Shown piece by piece: positions 1 to 12,135 of a stretch of DNA of 64,000 nt. The notes under the pieces were generated by a model, which saw nothing but the letters and a program-made list of their open reading frames with translations, had not been told where the DNA came from and did no database searches. Origin of the DNA: Lama glama (Eukaryota); assembly GCA_028534125.1 (NCBI GenBank), contig CM052816.1, positions 24,616,001-24,680,000 of the forward strand, read 5' to 3'. A program made the translations under genes and the position numbers. The number at the start of each line of letters is the position of its first letter. Position 1 is the first letter of the stretch.

Positions 1-610
1 TAAGGAGGACAGAAGAGATTAGAAGATGAACTGGTAACTTGAGGATGACTCGGTCAGAAGTCAGCCCTTCCACCTAACACTCCAAGTCCACCTGACCAAG
101 GGCACTTGAGCTGTGCTCTGATGGATTTATTTATCTATCAATATGGAAAGTGTGTAGGTCACTGGTAGATCACTATTGTGCAAAGAAGTCTGGGGAAAAA
201 GTGGTTTATGAGAACAATGTCTGCCACTTATTGAGCTCTCCTCTGGTGTCCAGTACAAATGCTGTATAATCATACTTAATCCCATGCCTGTCTCACGAGG
301 TGCTTCGTCTTGCCAAGTTCAACACACTTGGATGTGTACTGGAAGGTGGATATTCTAAGGAAAAACAAACCAATAAAAAACTCGTTTCTGGCCTTAAATG
401 ACAATAGCATAAGGACAAAACCCAAACCCTTGGCAAGTGGTTACCTTTGAGACAAAGAACTATCAGGAAGGAGACAGAAGGTAGTCCCTCACTTTTCATT
501 TTGTACCTATTTATACTGTTTTATTTTTCTAGCTGAACACATGTATTGCTTTAAAATACGGCATCATGGATGGGGGAAGATTATGATACTGTTTAAAAAT
601 TTCTTCTTAC

Positions 611-1098
611 ACATGCATCTCTCAATGTTCACTGCAGCACTATTTACAGTAGCCAAGACATGGAAGCAACCTAAATACCCATTGACAGATGACTGGATAA
701 AGAAGATGTGGTATATATACACAATGGAATACTACTCAGACATAAAAAGAGTGAAATAATGCCATTTGCAGCAACATGGATGGACCTAGAGATTATCGTA
801 CTAAGTAAAGTCAGACAGATGACAAAGACAAATATTATACAATGTCGCTTACATGTGGAATCTAAAATATGACACAAATGAACTTATTTATGAAACATAA
901 ACAGACTCACAGACATAGAAAACAAACATACATTTACCCAAGGGTAAAGGGGGTGGAGGAAGGATAAATTAGGAGTGTGGGATTAGCAGATACAAACTAC
1001 TATACACAGAGCAGATAAACAACAAGGTCCTATGGTATAACACAGGACACTATATTCAATATCCTATAATAAAACATAATGGAAAAGAATAAAAAAAA
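611..1098 (+). mobile_element. L1 3' end fragment (ORF2 tail and 3'UTR), artiodactyl/camelid type
   Basis: Contains 'aatgttcactgcagcactatttacagtagccaagacatggaagcaacctaaa...gactggataaagaagatgtgg' and an A-rich end. ORF 541..759 carries the L1 ORF2 C-terminal motif MFTAALFTVAKTWKQPK. Confidence 0.9.
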
Positions 1099-1374
1099 TT
1101 TTCTTTGTATTATTCTGTCATTAAAAAAACAATAATAAATGTTACATGCAGAGAATTTAGAGGATTGTAAAAACAGTAACCAAGTATGACAGCCTGAGTT
1201 ATCCTTAACATTGAGATTTGGGGGAATTTTCAAAATCCTAAGTATGATTGTCACTCATTCAGCAATTTAACAGATATTTATTATATTATAAAGTGTAAGG
1301 AAATGACCTACGTTGAAGGTGCTTACGATCTTTTTTTCCTGCTATGTGAAAGCACTTTCTCTTAACTCTATACC

Positions 1375-1997
1375 ATGGGCCTTCATACACTGCTGGTAGG
1401 CATGTAAAATGGTATAGCTGCTTTGGAAAACAGTTTGCCAGTTTCTCAAAAAGTTAAACATAGAATTATCATATGACCCAGCAATCCCACTTCTAGGTAT
1501 ATGCTCAAGAGAAGTGAAAACATATGTCCACATGAAGACCTGCACAGAAATATTCACAGCAGCAGTATTCATAGTAACCAAGTGGAGACAACTTAAATTT
1601 TCACCAACAGGTGGACAGACAAAATGTGGTTTATCCATATAATGGAATACTATTCAGCAATGAAAAGTAATGAACCACTGACATATACTACTTCACAGAT
1701 GAAACCTCAAAAACATGATGGTAAGTGAAAGAAGCCAGATACAAGAGACACCTATTATATATGATTCCATTTATATGAAATGCCCAGAAAAGGCAATATA
1801 CAGAGAGAAAGTAGAGCAGTGACCACATGGGGTTGGGGGTGGGAGCAGGGATTAGTACAAAGAACTCTTATGGTGTGGGGAGTGTTCTAAAACTGGGTAT
1901 GATGATGGTGTACCACTCAGTAAAGTTACTAAAAGTCACTGAATTGTACACATGAAATGGTAAATTTTATGATATGTAAAATACACCTCAATAAACC
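1375..1997 (+). mobile_element. Old L1 (L1MC/L1MB-like) 3' end
   Basis: Contains 'atatgacccagcaatcccacttctaggtata' and 'gaaagaagccagatacaag'; ends 'atacacctcaataaa'. Confidence 0.85.
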
Positions 1998-4590
1998 TGC
2001 ATCTTGGGGGCATGATGTCCCATCATGAATATGGGAACCTTTGGCACATGGGTGACCAACAAGAACATATTAACTAGTTTACCTTAGGGAATGGAGTCTT
2101 AGTTGGTTCTGCTTCTCTTCTAAGGGCAAATAATCAAATTTAAGTGTGGATAAAAACACCCTCCTTACAGAGGAAGAACAGTCACTAAGGTGGCTGTAGA
2201 GGAGCCTCTCTCCAGGACCTGTGCTTTAAGCCATTTGAAAATGTGTGAAATGCCTAAAGCTGAGCATTTAAAGAATTAGAAAGATGCTGAAGGAGAGTTT
2301 TATTGGAGTTCAGCAAATGGAAACAACTCAGCAGTTTAAAGATGACGAGCCAAGAAAGAAAAGCTGAGTGCAAGGCAGCAGGATATAGAAATCAATGGAT
2401 CAGAGATTAGATGTGAGAATTCCAAATCGGGAAGTAGTATTTAAATAAGCTGGTAGGTCACTAAATAGTTATGGCATGAGGTCCTTTTAGCATAAACAAA
2501 AACCAAGCTGCCATGTTGGATTCATGGAAAAGCCCCGTGGCTGTCACAGGTACCCTCAAGGCCGAACTGATGGAACGGAGGCTCACTTAATAAAACACTG
2601 GTGCCTGCTACTGTAAGAGTTAGGCCTTTTGAATTCCGTTTTGTTACATTTTATATCACCCTCCCATGCCCACCCCATAGCACGTCCCAGAACTTCAACA
2701 GTGAGGACCGCCACAGCTATGGCTCATGGAGAGCTGACAATGTCAGGCACAAGGTGAAGTGCATTTCTTACACTTCCCATTTAAACTTCAAAACAAGCCT
2801 CTGTGAAACAACTGACTTTATCATTCTTTACAGATAATGAAGCTGAGATTTAGAGGTGCTAAGTCACTCGCCAGGGTCACACTTTTAGGAGATAGGAAAG
2901 TCAAATTTATTTCATATCCTGGTTTCCTAGAACCTTCATTTCATTTTTAACCTCTTTATGTACTGCCTTGGTACATAAAAAGGTTAAAAATTACCAGTAC
3001 CTTGGAAATTGGTAACTTCTAGTGGTACTACCCTCTAGCCATGGAGCTGATTTGGTTCATTAAATTCCTTTTCAAAACATTTTAGACCAGGGAACATTGT
3101 TTATTTTTCTCCATTTTTTCAAACTCCTCAATTGATTGTTTTCCTTTAATCTTAATATTTTCTAACATGTTAGAATTTTGTCTTCCTTTCCCAAACTTTA
3201 TATTTAGAAGCACACTGGCTAACCTGTCAGATTTGGTGACCTGGAAATTCGAATTTAAAAAAAAAAAGAGAAAAGTATACACCTATATGTACAGAAAGAT
3301 AGATAATACAGAGAGACTTCTTTTTCCTAGATAGGCACTTTCAATGTTTGGAGTTAAGCAAGCTCTAAGAGATTGAGCTATATTCAATAATTATTCATCT
3401 TTGCTCCTCTTGCTTCCAATGCTAGATCAGTTTCCAGCTGTAACCCTTAATTCTGTTTGTCAAGTATCCTCAATATGCACAAAGACAGCATAGTTCGATG
3501 ATAAATGCTGCCATTGCAGGTAATGTTTTTACTTGAATTCACTATTTAAAGTCAAAATATGTCCCTAGTATCATTATTACTTCTTGATAACCCCAGAGAG
3601 CTTCCTTTTAAGGTAAATTGCTTATGTTACCCACATTCACCCTCTTTCTCCATATGTATATGAAATAGAACACATTTCTAGAATTCTTATGTCCCAAGTT
3701 ATTGAAATTTAAATGTTTAAAATTCAAATTGCATTACCAGTTACATGTGATGTAATTTATTACTTAAAATATGAATCAATTGCCCAGAAATATATCAGCA
3801 TTAATGTTAGGTATTTTCTGAAAGTCATGCAAATACAAGTAACCAGGCCATTACTAAGTTAGATCTGCCAGAGACTTTAAGACTTTTAAAGTGTATCTCA
3901 TAAAATGTGTGTCAAAAAAGTTAGGTTATATTAGAAAAGTCTATGCATTGCAAACATAAAATTAAAAATGAGAAAGATAAAGTGGGGGAAAACCAGGATC
4001 TCAAAAGGAAATATTCAACTACCAATTCTTGATTAAAAGGGGGTTATTTTTTAAATCAAATATGTATTTTGGTGGTGAGTAAATGTGCACTCTCACTTCT
4101 AGCACAAAGATGAATAAATAAGCCACAGCTCTTAGGCAAGTAAGCTCTACTGCTACTGATAGAAAATCTGATTTAGAAATTTTAAGAGTAAAATTTCCCC
4201 TGAGATAGTGAAACTGAAAATCAGCTATAAGCATATTAAATACCTTAATTAGGGAGTTTGGGGGGGGGTGTCAGCTTCCACAGCTCATCAACAGATAGTT
4301 ATTCAAAGTGATTATCTGTTGGACCCTTTGAGAAATTCATTGAGAAAAAATGTGATCAGAGTTGGTAATCTATTTTAGGGAAAGTTAACTAACACACACT
4401 GATCTAGGGTGTGAGTTAATATATGTTAACAACTTAAAGCAGTGCTTTGTACATACTAAACGTTACATAAACATTCATTGTTAATTAATAGTAATAACAG
4501 TAGCAGCAAAATTCCCTGGGCTGACCATGTACATACAAGGTGAGCACTGATAAGAAAGAAGAGTGTGGCCAACGATAAGGAGAGGCTTTA

Positions 4591-4740
4591 TTTCATTTCT
4601 TTTTTTTTTTTCCCAGAAAGTTGTTGTTTTTTGTTTGTTTGCTTTTTTGTTTTTTTTTTAAACAGAGGTACTGGGGATTGAAGCCAGGACCTCGTGCATG
4701 CTAAGCATCAGCTCTACCTCTGAGCTATATCCACCCCTCC
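4591..4740 (-). mobile_element. tRNA-derived SINE (camelid Vic-1 type) with 13-bp target-site duplication
   Basis: Minus strand reads GG..ATATAGCTCAGAGGTAGAGC..TGCTTAGCATGCACGAGGTCCTGGCTTCAATCCCCAGTACC (A/B box-like), then an A-rich tail. Exact TSD aggagaggcttta at 4578-4590 and 4741-4753. Confidence 0.9.
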
Positions 4741-5109
4741 AGGAGAGGCTTTAAATGAAGGAAAGCTTGAGTTGATTTTCGAAGTTTATCGGGAGAAAGA
4801 AGAAAGGGAACTGCTGAACAAAGTAACAGAGATGAGGAGAAGGAAGAGGGAGGGAACCTTATTCAGTACTATGTTTGGGACACTTGTTCCTTACTCTTCT
4901 CATTATCACCTCTGAATTATGGGGTGGCTAGTGTGACAGCTTGGCTATAGAAGTTGTGCATGCTGACTGGTATTTGGGAAATGAGGTTGAAGTGGTCCAT
5001 GTGGGTCCAGATCAGTAAGGGTCTTAAATTCTTGGCAGACGAGCTTGCTTTTTAGAGAAGGCCATGGAGGGCCATCATAGATTCTAGAGTATAGAAGTAC
5101 AGATAAAGA

Positions 5110-5330
5110 TTCAAGTTCAGGCTCTAGAGTTAGGAGTCCTGGACTTGAAGCTGAGCTGCTCTCTGTCTCTGCCTGCCTAGTTGCTTAACTTCTCAGTTTC
5201 AGTGGTCTTATTTGTAAAATGGGGATAGTGATAGTATTACCTGATTCTGTATGAAAATGAATGCAATGTATTGAGCAACCGCCTGCCACAAAGCAAGCAT
5301 TCCCCACAAATGGCAGCTGTTATTAATTAA
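5110..5330 (+). mobile_element. MIR SINE remnant
   Basis: Resembles the MIR core: 'gcttaacttctcagtttcagtggtcttatttgtaaaatggggatagtgatagtattacct'. Confidence 0.7.
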
Positions 5331-6829
5331 GAGGCTAAGGTTCCAGGTGACAGGGCCTACATGGTGATAGGGCCTAGTTACAGATGCATGGGTTGGGGAG
5401 GAGCAAGCCACTCTAACATGCTTGAAGAAAATGTTCATTGGGACACTCTGACTTTAATAACTTTGAGCTTAGTGATAATTAATCTAAGATATGAAATTCA
5501 AAACAGAGAAGTTATTACACTGAGTTTCCAAGCATAAAAATGTTGCGACTCAACATGATTTCAAAGTTGGAATTATCAAACCAATATATCACTGTGATAA
5601 TGTATTCACCTGTGTCTTTAAATTACTTTTACTCTGTTACCAAAGCAAGAGTTTAAGAGCTCAGAAGAAAAGAGCACCTAAAATCCTTAGACTGAATCAG
5701 AAGCAACTTCAGTAGGCCTGGGAATTCCCACTTTGCAGGGAAAAACAAAAAACCCAATTAACAAAAGACTGCTGAATGGATAAACATCCTAACTGTGGAG
5801 ATGATTCAGTTACAGGCCAAACTTTTTATAATCCCTTGTTTGTATGTTTAATGGGGCACTGGCCACCAATGTCCCTCGAAAAGCTGTAACACATATGTGT
5901 GCCTCTCCTCAACACTGTTCTTGGGATACAGAAGACAGATACCAAATCACACTCATTCCTGTATTCCCCACCATTATGGAACAAATAGTAGGTATTCCAA
6001 TAAATGCTGAAACAATGAATGATGGGGACTGAATCTTTACTATTAATACATTTGTCATCTTTATATACTAGTATCAAGAAAGCATTTTAGATACCCAACA
6101 GCTTGGTACCATAAAAATTAAAATTGAACTTATTTAGATGTTCATCTTAATCTCATTTAATGTTATAGTGATACAGAAAATAAGCAAATAAAGATTCCTT
6201 TCCTTTTTAAAAGAAGAGTTTGGGACTAACAACCACGTAAATAATCATACTTCCAGATTTTTAAAAAAAGTACGTATGGTAAATAGGTTTTATTATAGGA
6301 AGCTAATCCTTGGGATCAAATATTTGAGTTTTCAGTTTGCTAAACCAGAAGCGTTTACAGGTCAAACAATGTGCAAATCCTATCACACACACGAATCTTT
6401 TAAGAGGACAGTCAACCCAATATTTGATGTGTTTTATTTTATTATATGTTCCCTGTGCTCCCCTACTCCAGCCTACACCCTCTCAAAAAAAAAAAAAAGT
6501 GTGTAAGTCTGTGTTAAGTACCCAATAAAGGCAGGCAGTCTTCGAAGACGAAAGATAAAGCATATTTCATGTTTTCCACTACTTTTCCTCTCTCGAGGGA
6601 AAACAGTGAAAAGGGAAAGGTGAAAACACCCTCAGGCTCTGAATTAAATAACAAAATGTGCATCGTTGTGAAGCAAATGACCACATGACGTATACAGGGC
6701 AGCTGCATCTTTACACACGTCATTAGGAAGAAAGAGAAGTAAAACAAATGATAAGCGCTCTGTTTCTTGATATGGCTTGGAGATCTGAAAGGTCGCCCCA
6801 GACCACCCTTGGGAATTATAATTAAACAA

Positions 6830-7620
6830 TCGTGTTCTCGGCTCAAAAAGTTCACATCCTCACCGGACTGCAAGCGGCAGGGCATTCCTGAAACGCTGCA
6901 GTCCGTGTCTTTTCTCTACTAGAAGAAGTAGGGAAAAAGAGACCAGGCGCCACAGAAAGAGTTCAAGCCCCAAGGCTGTCAATGTTAAAGTTCCAGAAAA
7001 CCGTTTCCACTCCCAACTCGTTCCTGGCAGAGCAGTTTGGGTAGCGCGCGTCCTACCGTCCCGGATGGGATCCGGAGGAGGATACTTACTGGGCTGAGCC
7101 AACTCTGCTCTCTCTCTTGCCGAGCACTTTGGCAGACTTTGTGTCGTCCACATCTTGCTGTAGTTCAGTCATCAGGGCAGCGTCCGGAGGGCACCTTCAG
7201 ACCCGGTCGCGCAGACAGCCTCCTCCTCCCGCTCCCCCGGCTCCCACCGTCCGGGGCGCAGGCCCAGCCCGCCCGCCGCGCCCTCCCCTGCGCCCTGGGG
7301 GCTCGGCGCATCCGGGCCGCCCGCGCCGCGCGCCGCCAACCTGGACACGTTCGAGCCGGCGCGATTGGTCCGAAAGCGAGCGGGGCAGAGCCGCGAGGGA
7401 GGGAAGAGGAGGGTCGAAGCGAAATGACAGCCTCTTTCCCCAACCCGGGAGGGGAGAGGAAGAGAAAAAGGAAACCTGTTGAACTAGTCTTTCTGGGAGA
7501 GGAAGCTAATTGGCCAAGCAGGTGAAACATTTGCCTATCCAGGCGCCGTATAGAAAGCCCTGGTAAACTGGGCTTTTTTCCCCGCTCCTCTCTACTCGGA
7601 CGGTAACTAGACTTGATAAA
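6830..7620 (-). promoter_or_regulatory. GRAMD2B: CpG-island promoter of the proximal GRAMD2B first exon
   Basis: Dense CpG and high GC content against a CpG-depleted background. GC boxes at about 7267-7280 and a CCAAT box on the minus strand at 7364-7368. Overlaps the coding exon at 7090-7172. Confidence 0.85.
7090..7172 (-). CDS. GRAMD2B: GRAMD2B (GRAMD3) proximal coding first exon, MTELQQDVDDTKSAKVLGKRESRVGSA + 2 nt
   Basis: ATG at 7172; 83 nt (27 codons + 2), followed by a canonical CA|GTAAGT donor at 7089. The translation closely matches the recalled human N-terminus MTELQQDVEDTKPAKVLGKRESKLGSAH. Not present in the ORF track. Confidence 0.93.
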
Positions 7621-8027
7621 TGGGCAACCAGCTGTAGATAAAGGAAACGATACGACTAAGTGAGGCTCTCTTGCACAGATGCACCGTGAGGTCTGGCCTG
7701 TGCCTCAGCCTAAATTATTCAAAGAGGATGTAGCCTCATTGAGGGCTGCCTGTCAGGGCTTAAACAATAGGTCAGTTCAGTAACAAAAGTAATCAAGTAG
7801 TTGCCTGGTTAATCCTTCCTAGGTAGGGGCAGAGCAAGGATGGAGAAGCAGTCCTCAAACCTCACCAGCATCTTACTTCCTAGGCACCCAACCCATAAAA
7901 CAATGCCTCTTCTTCCTGCCTTGCTGGTTTTGTCTTAAGGTTTGTATTTGAAGCACCACTTACTAATTTAAGGAACTTTGTTAGCTACCATCTTCCAGGC
8001 ATTATTCTAAACATCCACTTACTATAG

Positions 8028-8562
8028 TGAGGGAGGAGAAAAAAAACTTTTCCTCTGACTGTCTAGGTTCTTCCAGCTGGTCTAAGAGTTAAACTGATGC
8101 AACATAGATTAACAGTTGAGAAAACCAAATTTAATTAACTGCGTACAGAGGGCCCAAGGACAAATTACGCAATTGATGCCTATATGTCACCTGAGACAGG
8201 AGAAGGGGTCAGGGGTTTGGGACTTCAAAGAGCAGGAAGGCAATTTACAGGAAGCAGGAAAAGAGCAAATGTTTGGTTAAAAACAAACAAAAAAAAGTCT
8301 GCTGGGCCATATAGAAACAATGGGACACAGAGAGGAATTGTAACAAATAGACTTCGCTATGTTCCTCCTTGCTTATACAGGGAGTTCATATTACACTGTA
8401 GTTATCTATAGTGATAGCTCCCTTCCTGGGACAGGTCCTCTGTCTGAATTTTTTAGGCTCTTATGGGAAAGGTCAGAGCCTTTTGAGCTTGATTGTTTTT
8501 AGCTTGAAGTAATCTGCATGTCAAAGAGATAATTTTGGGGTGGAAAATTTTGCTCCCCTACA
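8028..8562 (-). mobile_element. Solo ERV1-class LTR (MER34-like)
   Basis: TG...CA termini with an exact 4-bp TSD ATAG at 8024-8027 and 8563-8566. The minus-strand start TGTAGGGGAGCAAAATTTTCCACCCCAAAAT resembles MER34-family LTR starts. Confidence 0.85.
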
Positions 8563-8812
8563 ATAGCAAATAATGTATGTGTTGGTAGATTTCTGATTTG
8601 CTACAAAGTAGTTGAGAATGAGAATAACTAATATAAAATCTTATTGTTGGAAGCCTAATTTTAAAACAATTACAAGTATCTATAGCTGAACCTGACATGG
8701 CGGGGGAAAAATTACTGACTCTATGCTCTGGGGGTACCTTCGTTTTTTTCTTTTAAAATTAATTTTTTATTTAAGGATAATTACAAGGAATATGCAACCA
8801 TAATATTTACGT

Positions 8813-9270
8813 TGTGAAGGAATAATATCGCCTTCCATATGAGTAAACAAAGGGTGTTGCAGCCATCAAGCCATCAGCCACTGCAGCCTCCCCAAGTGTG
8901 CATCTTGAGGGGATTCAGGATGAAGAAAAACAAGGTACTGGCCCTAAGGTAGTTAAGGTGCTTATCAAAGGAATGCTTTCAGTAAGCCCAGACTCTTGCA
9001 TCTTCCCATATATAGAAAAGTGCCGGATTAATTAACATGAGATGTCTGGTTTTCTTTAATTAATCTTTTGATGTTCCAACTACCTGGTTTTTTGTTTTTT
9101 TGTTTTTTGTTTTCAATGACTCCTGTATATCCTGGCTTCTCCCATACCTCTTCAGGACAGTCCCTCAGATCTATCTGAGAGGCTGTCTTCTGGGCTTAAG
9201 TCCTTAGTATGTCTGCCAAATAAAACATAATTCTCAACTTTTAGGTTGTGCATTTTTTTTTCAGTTGACA
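8813..9270 (+). mobile_element. Solo ERV1-class LTR (MER41/MER39-like), copy 1
   Basis: TG...CA ends and AATAAA at 9219-9224; homologous to 11106-11600. TSD is not clean. Confidence 0.75.
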
Positions 9271-9859
9271 TTGTGTGTGTGTGTCTGTGTGTGTGTGTAA
9301 AAGAAAATACCTACCCTTCTAAATAACCTCAAACATTTTGGAGATGCAAGTCCTTTCCAAAGTTTTCTTATTACGTCTCTGCTTACTAGCTTGTTTATTT
9401 GGCTGAGAGAACAAAAGCATCTTTTGTAACCTGCTTGCTCCAAAATTGACTCACATGACTCTAGAAAATAAGTAAAAGAAAAACGTTTACAGAAATTCCA
9501 TTTGAGTTGGTCTGGTCAGGCTGCTCTCTGTCCCCCCCCCGTTTTTTTCCTATCTGATCATCAATGACCCCCTAACTGCAGAAGCCTGGCTGGGCAGGGT
9601 GGCGAAGGCTCTGGGTGACCTGAGGACTTGGAAACTGTCTCTTTAGCTATCAGTTCTTGGGGATATTACTGATGCCTTCAGCCTCCAGATCCCTTCTCTA
9701 GTTCACTATTGTACTCAGGATGAGTGTGGACTTGGAATATAGAGGAGGTTGTCCCAAACTCTGGGCAGTGACTCTCTCTTTAAAACTCAGATGCCCTTCA
9801 AGCCACCCTCGCTGCAAAACTCAGATCAGAAATCACTTTTTTTGGTCCCCTAAGTAATT

Positions 9860-10450
9860 TTTTTTTATTGTGGTAAAATATACATCATGTAATATTTATC
9901 ATTATAACCACTGGTAAGTATACAATTTAGTGACATTAAATACATCCACAATGTGTGTAACCATCACCACTTTCAATACCCAAAACTTTAAAAAACCCAA
10001 ATAAACTGTAGCAACTCCACAATAACTCCTCCTTCCCCACATCCTCCCAGACCTTGGTAACCTCTGTTCTACTTTCTGTCTCTATGAATTTGTCTATTCC
10101 AAGTACCTCATATAAGTGGAATCAGTCAATATTTTCCCTTTTGTGTCTGGCCTGTTTTACTAAGCATAACATTTCCAAGTTCCATCCAAGTGGTAGCATG
10201 TATTAATCCCTCATTCTTTTTTATGGCTGAATAATATTCCATTGTATGTATATTCTACATTTGTTTTCCATTCATCTCTTGATTGAAACAATTGATTTGT
10301 TTCTATCTTTTGGCTATTGTGAATGCTGCTGCTATGAACATTGATGTACAAGTATCTATTTGAGTCCCTGCTTTCAACTGTTTGTGGTATATACCTACAA
10401 GTGGAATGCTGGGTCTTACAATAGTTCTATATTTAACCTTTTGAGAAACC
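9860..10450 (-). mobile_element. L1 (L1MA/MB-like) 3' end
   Basis: Antisense L1 signature 'cattctttttatggctgaataatattccattgtatg'. ORF 10303..10521 contains SMFIAAAFTIAK. Confidence 0.85.
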
Positions 10451-11105
10451 ATGGACAGCCTCCTTTGATGCATGAGTAAGAGCAAGTGCTTATAGCTTCC
10501 CCAGTATGGCTTACAACTCAATTAAGGAGCACTCAGTTGTCCTAAAATTTGTTCTTCTGTGTATAGGATGAGGACTTCCAGGAGTGTGGTCTTAAGTGAG
10601 AAAGGGAGAGAAAGGTGGGGGGTGGGGTGGGGTGAGGGAGGATTGGAGAAGGGTCTAGTGGGGAAAAAAGACAATAGTCCTTTCCTAGAATGGGGAATTA
10701 GAAAGGAAATAGTAAACTACATTATTTTATTTAGTGGCATTTGCTTAAGTTTAAAAGACATTATCAAAAAGCTTCCTAACTTGTTTATTCTTGGGACTAT
10801 TATACAATAAAATGGAATGTGGTACTTAAAAGGTAAAAGACAAATGACAGAGGAAACTTCACTGTAGTGTGATAAAATAGAGACATAGATTATGTCTAAA
10901 ATATATTTTGGAGAACTTTTTGCTTTAGTACCAATAAAAACCCTACCCTTTGTTCTTCTTCCTCCAAGCCTATGAGAATATAATTTCTTCTTTCTAACAT
11001 CAAAGAAAAGTACTAGCTGATACTTTTCCCAGTTATTGAAGCAGGTCAAGTAGAAAATGCCTAACCTATCAAGAGGTGGGGGCGTCTATCAACAGCTTAG
11101 AATAC

Positions 11106-11600
11106 TGTAGATAGGGAATGTTGCCTCCCATTCCAGTAAACAAACTATGTTCCTAGACATTCCATTGCTACAAAGACCAGGCCATTAGCCCTGGCAGGTG
11201 CCCACTGGTGGTGTGCCCTATGGGGAATTCAGGATGGAGAAAACCAAGAAGCTTTCTGTGCTTTGGATACTGGCTCTGGATATTAGATAGTTAAGATGCA
11301 TATATAAGGAATAATTTCAATGAACCCAGATTCTTTTATCTTCTCATACACAGAAAAGCACTAAAAATCATTACCTTAAGATGTCTGTTCTTTGTAATTA
11401 GCAGTTATCTTTTCATGTTCAACTACATGTTTTTTTTTTTCCAGCAGAAAACTCTTATATATCCTGGCTCCTACTTCTCCTCTTCAGAGAAGTTCTTCAG
11501 CGCTGTCTGAGAGACTGTCTCCTGGGCTATTGTCCTCTGTAAGATCCCTGAATAAAACTTAACTTGCAAGTTTAGGTTGTGCACTTTTCTTCGATTGACA
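11106..11600 (+). mobile_element. Solo ERV1-class LTR (MER41/MER39-like), copy 2
   Basis: TG...CA ends, near-perfect 4-bp TSD (ATAC/ATAT), AATAAA at 11551-11556. Shares blocks with 8813-9270 such as 'attcaggatg', 'tagttaag', 'agaaaag', 'tctgaga' and 'tttaggttgtgca'. Confidence 0.8.
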
Positions 11601-12135
11601 ATATTGATCAAATGGTGGTCTCTTTTTTAGATTGATCCGGTACACTGAGCATCTGTCCATAGTCTCAGGGGCAGAGTTCAAATATGAGTTTGGAGATTTG
11701 AGTGGCTATCTGGTTGCAATGTATGGTCAAGTAGCTAACTAATTTGTAACACAAAACATGTGTAATGTTTAATATACAACATCATAAGTCCAAGAATTCC
11801 AGGAATACTCCTGTTTCCCAGGAACACTTCTGACCATTCCTGTTTTCAACTGAAGGTCACTATGCAAAGGAGAAAATGGGAAAAAACTGAGAGAGTCCAG
11901 AAGAGAGCTCTACAATGACACTGAAGAACTTAATTATAAGACTTTTTTACAAGTTGTAAGAATGAAAGTTGTGAAGCATCATGTAAAAGGGAACTTTATT
12001 GAGTGGTTTCTGTCAGAAATGAAGGAAAGTTTCCTAATATATTCAGCTGTTAAGCATTGGAATGGGGATCTGTAGTAGGCTATGGACTCTCTTACTCTAG
12101 AGGCCTTTGAAAATAATATCTTACAAAAGAATCAA

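Noticed and set aside
4665..4740. tRNA gene
   Set aside because: The tRNA-like head is followed by an A-rich tail and flanked by a TSD, and a second diverged copy lies at 45.3 kb. This is a SINE.
6860..7153. 97-aa minus ORF (MWTTQSLPK...) and a second donor CCG|GTGAGG at 6864
   Set aside because: The ORF is an alternative frame over exon 1 that runs into the intron. The nearby ATG at 6885 reaches the donor in phase 1, which is incompatible with the phase-2 junction.
7037..7530. Long overlapping ORFs of 121-162 aa on both strands
   Set aside because: Arg/Pro/Ala/Gly-rich frames are expected from stop-codon scarcity in a CpG island. The real coding frame is the 83-nt exon 7172-7090.
10617..10638. 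G-quadruplex motif, and a purine-rich tract at about 25575-25690
   Set aside because: These are common low-complexity features with no supporting context.
8813..11600. Paired LTRs read as one provirus
   Set aside because: There is no primer-binding site, polypurine tract or gag/pol/env remnant between them. The copies are too diverged, and copy 2 has its own TSD.
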